From contig NC_047068.1 in assembly GCF_902459465.1 (NCBI RefSeq), positions 12,586,001 to 12,650,000 on the forward strand: 64,000 bases of DNA, read 5' to 3'. Below are positions 1 to 10,607 of the stretch, piece after piece. The notes under the pieces are model-generated. The model was not told the origin of the DNA. It worked only from the letters and a program-made list of their open reading frames with translations, and searched no databases. The translations under genes and the position numbers were made by a program. Position 1 is the first letter of the stretch, and each line of letters opens with the position of its first letter. The DNA is from Asterias rubens. Lineage: Eukaryota.

Positions 1-1073
1 TAAAGCTGTATCAAGTATGCAGACAGGGAGGGAGGGAGGGAGGCCCCACCCCTTCCCCATGACTCTTGGTTCATATCTTATGAGATGATCTTTACCAATC
101 CAATGTATGTTAAACTTACATCAGGGTCAACAAATATTATTTGTGTTTTACCCCTACACTAATATTGAAATATTACCGAAAAACTACCTCCCTGAAAAAA
201 TAAAAAATTCAAATATTGGTGCCTTATTTCAGAGAAAGAGTATTAATACCATACAAAATATATTCAAAAAGCATCAAAAAGTTATCACAATAAAATAGGC
301 CTAAATATGTTTTTTGTAATATTTCTATACTATATATTATTTTTTCTCCTAAAGGCACTTTGAGCACTCTTTGGCTATGTGCACATAAAAAGCTTTGTTA
401 AATACTATTAAAAAGAAAACTTTTAAGAAAAAATTCTCTCGACCATGGTCAAGTATCTTAAGCCACGCTCCCATTGGACTTACCGCCGCAAAATGCAAAC
501 AGTCTGTAACTTACCGGGGTGGTAAATTACGGCTGAACAGAACAGGCCGATTCGAGTCGCGTTAACTTAACAATGCCGCAAATGCGATTGCACCATTCCG
601 GTAACTGAACAATACTGTCACGTGATTTCCGTTATCTGGTCAGGAATGGTGACCCTGGTGACCTAGCATGTAACTTACACTCCCTGGTATAAGTTACCAG
701 ACCAAAAAGTCCAATTCGAACGCGGCTGTAGACCAGATCCATGTTTCCTTTGTCGGTGTGTGCTCTATTTTTAGGAGGGGGCACCTCAAGATGAATTACT
801 TTGGCAAATCTAACAAATAGAATTTCAGATAACAATTTAAAAACAATTTACAGTTTTGTTTAGAGTATGGAGCTTCCTTTCACTAAAGAAAAAAAGAGTC
901 TAAATAGTTCTAGGCTTTATCATAGACATATGGTAAAATTTCAGTGAGCATTTATCATTAACTATTTTTATTATTATTAATATTTATTTGGCCATTCTGC
1001 GAATCTGATTGGAGGATTAGCGCGTACTTGAAGATAAAAAACAATACAGGTGTCCCCGTTGTTAGATTATTAC

Positions 1074-3281
1074 CTATTTTTTGAAAGTGTCATCATAGGA
1101 TGGGGGTGGAGCTGACGGTTCCTTTGCCTCAATGTCGGGTTGCTCAGGATATGGTGCTCTGTGGAAATAACAAAGAAAGCCATTGAGCGAGGAATGTGGT
1201 AAAATGAAAGGAAAAACAGCAATTTCAGCAATTATACACACATCAACTACATGTATCAAGGTGAGATGGGGAAGTTTTTAAAGAGTGGGTAGTTTTGTGG
1301 ACAAGCAGTCAAGCAAATCAGACTCAAGCTCTTGTGTTTCTGATGAGCAGAGTGTGGGTTCGAGTCCCAGTCTTAACACTTAAGAAAGTCACTATAGGCC
1401 AGCCACTTTGCTTTATCCTTCAGATGGGACAAAGAGTCAATAAGTCATTAATGTGTGTAGACTCGTGGACAAGTCGTTAATGGTCTGCCAGGGTGAGATA
1501 GTCGAGTTGTGGCGGTGCCCTCGCTAGATCACTGCTCTCGCACATACTGCAGGTTTCCGGGACTGTAGTCGTAAGAGCAGTAGTCTCGCGGGGCCACAGC
1601 AGTCTTGCGAGAAAACTCTGGACAGACTTGTCTACAAGTCTAATTTGTGTGAGTGATGGCTGTAAAACAATTAATACGCAGCACCTTAAACCTTAACATG
1701 ATCTCTTTCAGATGTGAAAAAGTAGGCTCTGTAATAGCGATGCGCATAGCATCCAAAAATAGTTACAATTATTAAAAGTAAAATATTATTATTGGAAGAT
1801 TTATTATCATGGTCATTCAACCCTTAATTCATAATGCAAAAGAATTATTAGAGTCCTGAATAGACAAAAAATAACAGTAATTATGGAAGTTATCAGTTAT
1901 ATGAAAGCAAGCTTCAAAATGATCATTCTATAACACAATTATTAAAAAGATTTTGTTTCAAAATGTTGGTAGTTATCAATCATTAATGTTGTTTGTTCTT
2001 GTAGAAAGAAGATTCCTAACAAAAACCTTTGATTTAGGCCTATAACGCAGACTATGTCATATTTTTAAACAAGTTTACAACAAAATTGTTTTGCAGTTTA
2101 CATAGGAAATTGAGTGTTCCCCCTTCTCCCCTCAAAATAGTAGTATAAATAATTTTTGTATCTGGTAGTTTACATGGTCTGACTGGGTGTGTATGGACAA
2201 TATTCTTAAATCCGTGTACATTGTTTCTTTTGCAATATTTGTCACTTTTTGAATTTTTTTTTGTGATTTTTAAACTTGTGCGAGTAATGATTTTTTTTTT
2301 TTTTTTTTTTAGAGTAATAAAGTTTCTTATGTCTTATAAAGTCTACTATTTAATTAAACAGAATCTTTGCATGGTGCAAGATATTCCTTTCTTCTATTCC
2401 GATCCCATTTTTGTAAATTAAACTTACTGAGTTGGGTAGGGAGCTCCAGCTTGCGGATACTGTACTGGGGGAACTTGAGGATACTGTGCAGGAGGAACTT
2501 GAGGATACTGTGCAGGAGGAACTTGCGGATACTGTACTGCAGGAACTTCCGGATACTCTTGAGGTTGTACTTGCCAACCTTGTGGTTGTCCTTGATGAAC
2601 AGGCGGCCCCTGGTAGCTATTTCCTGCCCCGGGGCCATAAACGCCAGTTGGCCCCACCGCTGGCGGATGGACCATAGCCGACTGTGTCCCTGACGAGTTA
2701 AATCCAAGAGTTCTGAACCTAGCTGATTGTTGTGTCACATTTTTCATCTCCTTTTCCTGCTTCTGCCACCGCATGAAAAATATGCCAGTGAAAATGGCAC
2801 AGATGACACCAATAACGAACATGATGGCACCTGGGGCTACTAAAACAGTGCCCCGGCCACCAAACAATATGGCCCCCCCGGCTAGTCCGAAGAACAAGGC
2901 GAACATACAAAGGCCCGTTCCCAAGATCATGGAAGGCTTCCCGGCATTACGAGTCTGGGGTACGTGTATGGGAGGAAGGGCACCTTGGGGTGGGGCACCT
3001 TGGAATGGGGCAGCTTGGGGTGGGGCACCTTGGGGTGGGGCACCTTGGGGTGGGGCTCCTTGGGGTGGGGCACCTTGGGGTGGGGCACCTTGGGGTGGGG
3101 CACCTTGGGGTGGGGCACCTTGGGGTGGGGCTCCTTGGGGTGGGGCACCTTGGAATGGGGCACCTTTGGGTGGGGCACCTTGGGGTGGGGCACCTTGGAA
3201 TGGGGCACCTTGGGGTGGGGCACCTTGGGGTGGGGCTCCTTGGGGTGGGGCACCTTGGGGTGGGGCACCTTGGGGCGTCAT
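1074..3281 (-). CDS. Uncharacterised proline-rich two-TM membrane protein (312 aa), exons 2428-3281 and 1074-1158; an upstream exon is possible
   Basis: ORF 2424-3281 ends at ACTCA|GTAAGT (donor 2427). Acceptor ttatttccacag|A (1159) joins in frame to ...TQAPYPEQPDIEAKEPSAPPPSYDDTFKK*. Two hydrophobic helices (MILGTGLCMFALFFGLAGGAILF; VLVAPGAIMFVIGVICAIFTGIFFM) are followed by RWQKQEK. A possible acceptor ctccag| at 3288 lies 6 nt before the ATG. Confidence 0.75.
1301..1385 (+). mobile_element. Degenerate tRNA-derived SINE head
   Basis: gactcaagctcttgtgtttctgatgagcagagtgtgggttcgagtccc (B box) matches the SINE at 42275. Confidence 0.6.
2447..2560 (-). repeat. Coding 24-bp repeat, about 4.5 units, (YPQVPPAQ)n
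   Basis: gaactt recurs at 2471, 2495, 2519 and 2543. Confidence 0.9.
2985..3269 (-). repeat. Coding 15-bp minisatellite, 19 units, (GAPPQ)n
   Basis: (TGGGGTGGGGCACCT)n on the + strand with a few variants (PFQ, PPK, AAP). Confidence 0.95.
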
Positions 3282-3582
3282 ATCCGTCTGGAGTTTCTTA
3301 GTGGTTGAATGAACAAAGTTGAGTAGGCCTACATCAAATGTTCACCGACACTCTACAAGAAGGCCTGAAGTAGCTTCAAAAGAGAGAAAAACATGATCAT
3401 CATTGCAATAGAATCTCATCATAATAACATTTATTAATTGTGTGGTACAGTGTCTAAATGCAGCAACAGAACTTCATCAGGCTGCCATCATCTCTGTCAA
3501 CTGCCCTGTAATAGAGTATCACTGCATTACTTTTCCAATATACAAAACTTGCACCAGTAGTTAAATCTGATGCCTTTTTTGT

Positions 3583-3910
3583 TTAAAGGCAGTGGACACT
3601 ATTGATAATTACTCAAAATAATTATTAGCAGAAAACCTTTCTTGGTGATGAGTAATGGTGAGAGGTTGATAGTTTAAAACATTGTGAGCAACGGCTCCCT
3701 TTGAAGTGCCATAGTTTTCAAGAAAGAAGTAACTTTCCACAAATTTGATTTCGAGACCTCAGATTTAGAACTTGAGGTCTTGAAATCAACCATCTAAACG
3801 CACACAACTTTGTGTGACATGGGTGTTCTTTCTTTCATTATTATCTCGCAAGTTCGATGACCGATTGAGCCGATTGAGGTTTGTTATTTTATGCATGTTG
3901 AGACACACCA
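3583..3910 (+). mobile_element. TTAA MITE (Kolobok/T2-type) family A, right end missing
   Basis: Starts TTAAAGGCAGTGGACACTATT; the body matches the copies at 23493 and 40433. Confidence 0.8.
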
Positions 3911-4757
3911 ACAAATTAATATGCATTATGCTGGAACCACTGACTGGGTACAATCAGAAGGCAGACAGATTGAATTACAGGTAATAACTGTTGGGGGCAC
4001 AATTCTTGTTCTAAATGGTCTGCTGAACAGATGTTCCCTGGACCCCCACAAACTGAAATGATTAAAGCATTGAAAATTTACACACTATGTGAAGATTAAA
4101 TGTATTCAAGATCAAAGGATGCAAGTTCTTTTTGCACATTGTAGAGTCAGAAGGATCTGTTTGTGCACATTCGGGTCCCCCAAAAAAAGAAGGAGATGAA
4201 GAACTCAACGTCTCAAGTGGTTCAATAACTGGAGGACAATCACATTGTGTAGCTCTAGACTATTTTTTAGAGTCTAGAAATGAACTACTTTTTTTTTAAA
4301 TCCGTCATTATCGGTCATGTCTAGTTGCAATATTAACCCTCCTCCCAACGGCGAAGCCTCGGCTATGCCGCTGGGGGGAGGGTTACGTTTTTTTAAAAAT
4401 CGCAACCAGGTCATGTCCGTACTACACTGCGACCAATATTGACAAATTTTGAAACAACGAGCCTTTCTCATACAGCTAACAACAATGGCTTTATATTATA
4501 GTCTAGTCATGGAGGAATTGGTCTAGCTAGTCTAGTTATAAATAAGTTAGTTACGAGTAGACTAAGATTAAGAAGAGATTAGAATTAAGATTAAACAACT
4601 ACTACAACCCAAGAATAGAACAACAATTTGCAAATAAAACTATAGTTGTGATAACGTAATCCTCCTCCCGCAAGCTTCAGGCTTCGCCGTCGGGGTTACG
4701 TTATAAAAAATAAAATAAATTAATGTAATGGTAATGTATACTATTGTCCACACAAAC

Positions 4758-4910
4758 TGTGGTGATTTTACATGTTATTGTAATAGCGCCCTCTCTTGGC
4801 AGACTTTAGACGGTTAAAACATGGCTACCTAGTTACAGACATGTAGCAGTTCATGAATAAATATAATCAAAGAATAATCCTTGCCATCCGTGTAATCTCA
4901 AATCAAAACA
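4758..4910 (+). repeat. 5' LTR (153 bp)
   Basis: TGTGGTGATT...ATCAAAACA, identical by eye to 10829-10981. Confidence 0.95.
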
Positions 4911-4924
4911 TGGTGTCAGAAGTG
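4911..4924 (+). promoter_or_regulatory. Primer-binding site, tRNA-Leu(CAA)-type
   Basis: TGGTGTCAGAAGTG directly follows the LTR and is complementary to the ...CACTTCTGACACCA 3' end of eukaryotic tRNA-Leu(CAA). Confidence 0.8.
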
Positions 4925-5182
4925 AAGATTTCTCCTGTCAAGACAGTATAGCTGAAGATTGATAGAAGGTGAGCCATAAATCAGCCATAAAACTCAAGAA
5001 TTGATGATATAAAAAGACATTGAAAAAAAACGTTGTAACGTTTCTTGTCGAACTGATCTCATACGTTGGGGGACGGGCTTTGCTCCTCCTGTTGTCTAGC
5101 TATTACAGGCTTTATAATAGGGGTATGTACCTGACAGAGATCAATAATACTCATCAATAAAAGGACAATCTTGAACACTAAA

Positions 5183-6460
5183 ATGGCACATCTACCCCAT
5201 CTATCACAACCTCCGGCATTGGATCTGACTGGCAACCTTGCCGAGAATTGGAAACGGTTCAAGCAGCGATATACATTGTATAATATAGCTTCAGAATTAA
5301 CTGAGAAAGATGATAAGACTCAGACATCAACTCTCCTTCATATCATAGGGGAGGCAGCCCTCGACATCTACAACACATTTATTTTTGAATCGGAAGATGA
5401 TAGTATGAAACAAGATGTTGTGCTAAAGAAGTTTGAGGAATACTGCATGCCGAAGCGCAATATCACATTTGAACGCCACAGATTCTTTACCAGAGATCAG
5501 CAACCAGGAGAAACCATTGATCAGTATGCTACGGAACTCCGTACCCGCAGTAAATCTTGTGAATTCGGCGAGCTTAAAGATTCGCTAATCAGAGATCGCA
5601 TCATTTGTGGAATTCCAGAGGATAGCTTAAGAGAGAGACTCTTAAGGGGAGATAACCTCACTCTGGAAAAAGTCATGCAGCTATGCAGAGCAGCAGAAAC
5701 CACAAAGCTACAAGCAAAAGAGCTAGCTCCATCCGGCAAGCCAGTAGTAGATGCAGTACGAGCAAAAGATCGAAGATCGAATGGCAAAGGAAATTTCTCC
5801 AAAAAGTCTCCACATGCTTTGAATAAGGGTAACAAGACATGTTATCGATGTGCCCAAACACACGAGTATGGTGCATGCCCTGCTCATGGAAAAACGTGCA
5901 CAAAATGTGAAAAAATAAATCACTTTGCAAAAGCCTGCAAGGGTGCACAAAGCTCTCCGTACAGACAGAAAAATGTACACAACGTCACTGAAACTCCAGA
6001 AGATATGGAAGAATTCTTTGTGGATGTGATAGACAGTGATTCAGGCAACGATGAATGGAAACTTCAACTCCATACACATGGTATAAAAGCAAACTACAAG
6101 TTGGATACAGGGGCTCAAGCAAATCTCCTTCCTGAAAAGCTGTTTCAACAAATGAAACCACAGCCAAAGCTTCACGCAGCAAAAGTAAAGGCTACAGGAT
6201 ATTCGGGAGTAGACATACCCATCACCGGCAAATGTATGGTGAAAGTGCAACACAAAAGTAAGAACTACTTCATTGCATTTCTAGTCACACCAGGTAATCA
6301 TCAGCCATTGTTAGGGTTGCAAGCTTGTGAGAAGATGAACCTCATAAAAAGAGTACTAAACATCACTAAAACACCCCTCGAAGTAGAAGATTTTGCAGAT
6401 GTGTTCACCGGGTTAGGATGCCTACCTGGAACACACCACATCACAACAAGTGAAGATGCC
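5183..6460 (+). pseudogene. gag: Gypsy Gag + aspartic protease (5' part of the single gag-pol ORF)
   Basis: NLAENWKRFKQ...LLHIIG Gag motifs; CCHC knuckle CTKCEKINHFAKAC; protease KLDTGAQANL; the frame is broken at 6461 by the L2 insertion. Confidence 0.9.
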
Positions 6461-7886
6461 ATACATACATACATACATACATACATATCAGCATTTATAT
6501 GAGGCGCCTTTTTCCCAAGGTTACAAAGCGCCTACAGAAGATGCAACAAAGAAAGAAATCCAAACCCAAGATGTTCCAATGTAAAGTGAAGTAAACGAGT
6601 CAAGTATTTCTGTACAAGTGAGTCTTAAGTAGTTTTTTGAATTGTTTATGTGAAGTTGCATGGCGAAGATGTGATGGTAATGAGTTCCACAGGTTTGGAG
6701 CACTAGCAGAAAAAGCACGCGAACCAGCTCTGGAGACGGTGCGATGTACAGCCAAGAGGTTCTCTGAGGAAGAGCGTAGGGAACGCGGTGGGACATACGG
6801 TTGTAGCATGTCGGATATGTATGATGGTGACTGGTGGGCAAGGGATTTGAAGACATGAAGACAAAGTTTGAAGTCAATTCTGTTTGAGATGGGCAGCCAG
6901 TGCAATTTCTGAAATAGTGGTGAAATGTTGTCGTGACGACCGGTCTTAAAGATGAGTCTGGCTGCTTTATTCTGAACTTTCTGGAGACGATTTATGTTTT
7001 TCTTTGTGGTTCCTTTCAAAAGCGAGTTGCAGTAATCTAGTCTTGACAGCACAAGTGATCTAACAACGGAATGACATGTATCCTCATCGATGTAAGGACG
7101 TATCTTGGCGATATTTCGTAGGTGAAAGTTGGTGTTCTTACTCATTTGTGCAACATGATCATCCATTGACATCCTGGAATCAAACACAACTCCCAGATTT
7201 CGTACCGATTTGGCAGGTGAAATAGTTGTGTTTTCAAAAGTAAACTTGAGGTGACCAAGAGCTTTACTGGCAGTTTTGGAGGAAATTATGATGAAATCAG
7301 TTTTATCTGCGTTAAGTTTGAGTTTGTTGGCCACCATCCAATGCTGAATGTCTTTCACACAAGTAGATAAATTGAACAATGCACATTCTGCATCTAACGG
7401 GATCTTTGGGTCGATGATGGAGTATATCTGAATATCATCAGCGTACATGTGATATAACATATTGTGCTTACGTAGAATTTCCCCAATTGGGACTGTGTAA
7501 AGTGTAAAAGACAAAGGTCCAATAACAGAGCCCTGCGGGGTGCCGTAGTCAAGATTAGTGGTAGTTGAGTCCGCTCCAGGAACATGAACATGGTTAGTGC
7601 GACAGTTGAAATAAGATGAAAACCATTGCAAGGCATTACCGGATATACCAAAGCTTTCTTGAAAGCGGTGGAGCATGATGCCATGGTCTAGCGTATCAAA
7701 CGCCGCTGAGAGATCCAACATAACAAACAAAATAGCTTTTTGTTGATCAATTGCTTTGAGAACGTGATCCTGTACTCTGAGGAGGGCAGTTTCTGTGCTA
7801 TGTGAATTGCGGTATGCAGACTGGAGTGGTTCAAACAGGTTGTGATGATTAATGTGCTCAGTAAGTCTAGCAGAGACAACTTTTTC
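6461..7886 (-). mobile_element. 5'-truncated L2-clade LINE inserted antisense in gag-pol
   Basis: RT ORF, 3' UTR stem-loop (AGGCGCTTTG...AAAGGCGCCT), ATATAAAT and a (GTAT)6 tail; Gypsy sequence resumes at 7887. Confidence 0.92.
6600..7886 (-). CDS. L2 ORF2 fragment: reverse transcriptase and C-terminal domain, no endonuclease
   Basis: QSAYRNSHSTETALL, DLSAAFDTLDH, GTPQGSVIGP, YADD, LHWLPI, APNLWNSLP...FKKLLKTHL; about 429 codons without a stop. Confidence 0.9.
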   Translation of the reverse strand, partial: EKVVSARLTEHINHHNLFEPLQSAYRNSHSTETALLRVQDHVLKAIDQQKAILFVMLDLSAAFDTLDHGIMLHRFQESFGISGNALQWFSSYFNCRTNHVHVPGADSTTTNLDYGTPQGSVIGPLSFTLYTVPIGEILRKHNMLYHMYADDIQIYSIIDPKIPLDAECALFNLSTCVKDIQHWMVANKLKLNADKTDFIIISSKTASKALGHLKFTFENTTISPAKSVRNLGVVFDSRMSMDDHVAQMSKNTNFHLRNIAKIRPYIDEDTCHSVVRSLVLSRLDYCNSLLKGTTKKNINRLQKVQNKAARLIFKTGRHDNISPLFQKLHWLPISNRIDFKLCLHVFKSLAHQSPSYISDMLQPYVPPRSLRSSSENLLAVHRTVSRAGSRAFSASAPNLWNSLPSHLRHATSHKQFKKLLKTHLYRNT

Positions 7887-9110
7887 ATACCTGTCCAGCA
7901 TGCATGTAGGAAAGTGCCTTTTCCTCTACAGGGAAAGCTCAAAGAAGAGCTGGACAAAATGGAGCAAATGCAGGTGATCACAAAGATAGACCAACCAACA
8001 GATTGGGTGTCGTCACTCTGCGTCGTTGACAAGAAAAACGGCAAGCTCCGAGTGTGTCTGGACCCACGAGATCTAAACCGGGCAATCAAGAGACAGCACT
8101 ACAAATTGCCATCTCGTGCTGAAATTACAGCACACTTTGCAGGAGCAAAATTCTTCAGTAAACTTGATGCCTCAAGCGGATTTTGGCAAATCAAATTAGA
8201 TGATGCCAGCTCAGAACTTTGCACGTTCATCACACCGTTTGGAAGGTATCGTTTCCTTCGTCTTCCCTTTGGCATCAGCAGTGCACCAGAGGTATACCAC
8301 AAAATCATCCATGATCTCTTTTCTGAAGTGCCAGGGGTCAACACAATGATGGATGATATCATCGTTTGGGGTTCAACTCGCGAAGAGCATGACCAGAATC
8401 TCCGACAAGTACTAGAGATAGCAGAGCGTAATAATCTCAAACTGAACCGAGAAAAGTGTGAGTTTGGGGTGATAAAATTTACCTTCATTGGAGATGTCAT
8501 CAGCGACCAAGGAGTCTTGCCTGATCCCAAAAAGGTCTCTGCTATCCTCAACATGCAGAAACCTCAAAATAAGAATGATGTACAAAGATTCATGGGGATG
8601 ATCAACTACATGGGCAAATTCATTCCAGATCTATCTACCAAGTCAGCACCACTATGCAGCTTGCTTGACCAGAAGAATCAATGGATGTGGCTTGAAGCAC
8701 AGGAAAAGGCGTGGCAAGAACTGAAAGTTATACTGACAACAGCGCCAGTGCTCAGGTTCTATAACCCCAAAAAGCCCATCAAGCTATCAGCTGATGCATC
8801 AAAGAATGGGCTCGGTGCAGTTCTACTACAACAGTATGATAATGAATGGGCACCAGTGGCGTATGCATCCAGAGCCATGACAGCGGCCGAGACAAGATAC
8901 GCCCAAATTGAAAAGGAACTGTTAGCCATAACCTATGCATGTGAACGCTTTCACCAGTACATCTACGGACAACAAATAGAAGTGGAAACTGACCATAAAC
9001 CACTCATTCCGTTGTTCACTAAACCACTGTGTGATTGTCCATTAAGAGTACAACGCATGCTCATCAGAGTACAACGCTACGACTTGAAAGTGTCTTACAC
9101 ACCGGGTAAA
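7887..9110 (+). pseudogene. pol: Gypsy reverse transcriptase + RNase H
   Basis: LRVCLDPRDLN, LDASSGFWQ, RLPFG, MMDDII, DASKNGLGAVL, YAQIEKELLA, TDHKPL. Confidence 0.92.
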
Positions 9111-10507
9111 TGTATACCGCTGACACACTTTCATGGGCAGTCGATCCTCATGCAGATAAAGACAGCTCCAAAGAGGATGACATTCAAGCCTATGTCAATA
9201 CAATATTGACCAACATGCCAGTGTCCTCTAACAGGAAGAAAGAAATCGCCCTGGAGACAAAACGCGATGAAACCCTCAAGACACTGAGCACAATCATCAA
9301 TGAAGGTTGGCCCGACGTGAAGAGCAAATGTCCAGTTGCAATCAGCGATTACTGGAACGCACGTGATGAACTTTCACAAGCAGACGACATGTTGTTCAAG
9401 GGAACTAAAATAATCATCCCAACATCAATGCGCCGAAGCATGCTTGAGAAAATCCATGAAGGTCACCTCGGCATTGAGAAATGTAAACGTAGAGCCAGAG
9501 AAGTTATGTATTGGCCTCGCATCAACCAAGATGTAGCTGACATGGTAAAAAATTGCAACTCATGTCAAACATACCAGCCAAAGCAGACGGCAGAAACACT
9601 CCAGCCGCACCCTACTCCCGACCGCCCATGGCAAAAGGTAGGAGCAGATTTGTTCACACTCAACAGTAAGAACTATATAGTCATTGTAGACTACTTCTCA
9701 CAATTTGTAGAAATTTGCACATTGACAAGCACAACCAGCGGCACAGTGATTAACAACTTGAAGTCTGTGTTTTCGCGACAGGGAACTCCACATGAAATGT
9801 TCACCGACAATGGACCCCAGTTTTCCAGTGCTGAATTCAAACGCTTTTCAGCAGATTGGGACTTCACACACACCACATCGAGTCCCCACTATCCTCAGTC
9901 AAATGGATTGGTGGAAAATGCTGTGAAAATTTTCAAGAACATGATCCGCAAAACAGTTAACAGTGGCCAAGACATCTATAGAGCTTTGCAGATTTATCGC
10001 AGTACACCACTTGAGTGCGGGAAATCCCCAGCAGAGCTGCTGTACAACAGAAGAATTCGTTCCAATCTTCCCATTGTGGACAGCTTGCTTGGTTTTAAAC
10101 ATCTGGACAGTAAAGCATTCAAGCAAAGAAAGGACGCACAAAAGGAAAAACAAAAGGGTGGATCCCGTGACCTTCCTCTACTTCAAGTAGGAGATACCGT
10201 GAGGCTGCTGGATACGACTAAGAATATGTGGTCTCAGGGCGGAGTAGTTACAGCCGCATTGCCAAACCGTTCATATCAAGTAGATACAGGCAAGGGCACG
10301 AGACGTCGTAATAGGCGGCACTTGAGAGTTGCTTCACAACCGCCACAGCAGTGTGATTTCATCGAGCCATCATCCAAAGAACAGGATTTCGAAACAACCA
10401 CGACCGCAACAGCAGTTGAGCCGAACAACAACGACATCACTCAACCAACAGCTACTATGACCAGGAGCGGACGAGTTGTTAAGCCACCGATAAGACTTGA
10501 TCTATAA
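9110..10507 (+). pseudogene. pol: Gypsy integrase, reached only through a -1 frameshift at about 9110
   Basis: HEGHLG...CNSC (HHCC), DYFS, DNGPQF, PQSNGLVE; ends TRSGRVVKPP. Confidence 0.92.
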
Positions 10508-10549
10508 ATCGCGAGACTTGCCAAACCTTACTTACAGTCACAGTTAAAC

Positions 10550-10607
10550 TTAGCGTTAATTAGTTTACAGCGTTCATGAGTTTACAGCGTTAATGAGTTT
10601 ACAGCAT
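10550..10607 (+). repeat. 17-bp tandem repeat (about 3 units) in the Gypsy 3' UTR
   Basis: gtttacagc recurs at 10563, 10580 and 10597. Confidence 0.8.

Noticed and set aside
440-790. GC-richer block with three - strand GTAAGT motifs and CCAAT/E-box-like words
   Set aside because: No supportable ORF or exon pair; it could be a promoter or a repeat remnant, and I cannot distinguish these.
2773-3312. + strand ORFs (GGAPW)n, (GTLGW)n and (GVGHL)n that look prion- or silk-like
   Set aside because: They are antisense shadows of a stop-free 15-bp repeat; only the - strand frame has TM helices and in-frame splicing.
6637-6858. + strand ORF and other short ORFs overlapping the retroelements
   Set aside because: They are antisense to RT coding sequence and have no recognisable motifs.
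9100-9115. Programmed -1 ribosomal frameshift
   Set aside because: No X XXY YYZ heptamer, and the position is after RNase H rather than at a gag-pol boundary; it is better explained as a deletion or error.
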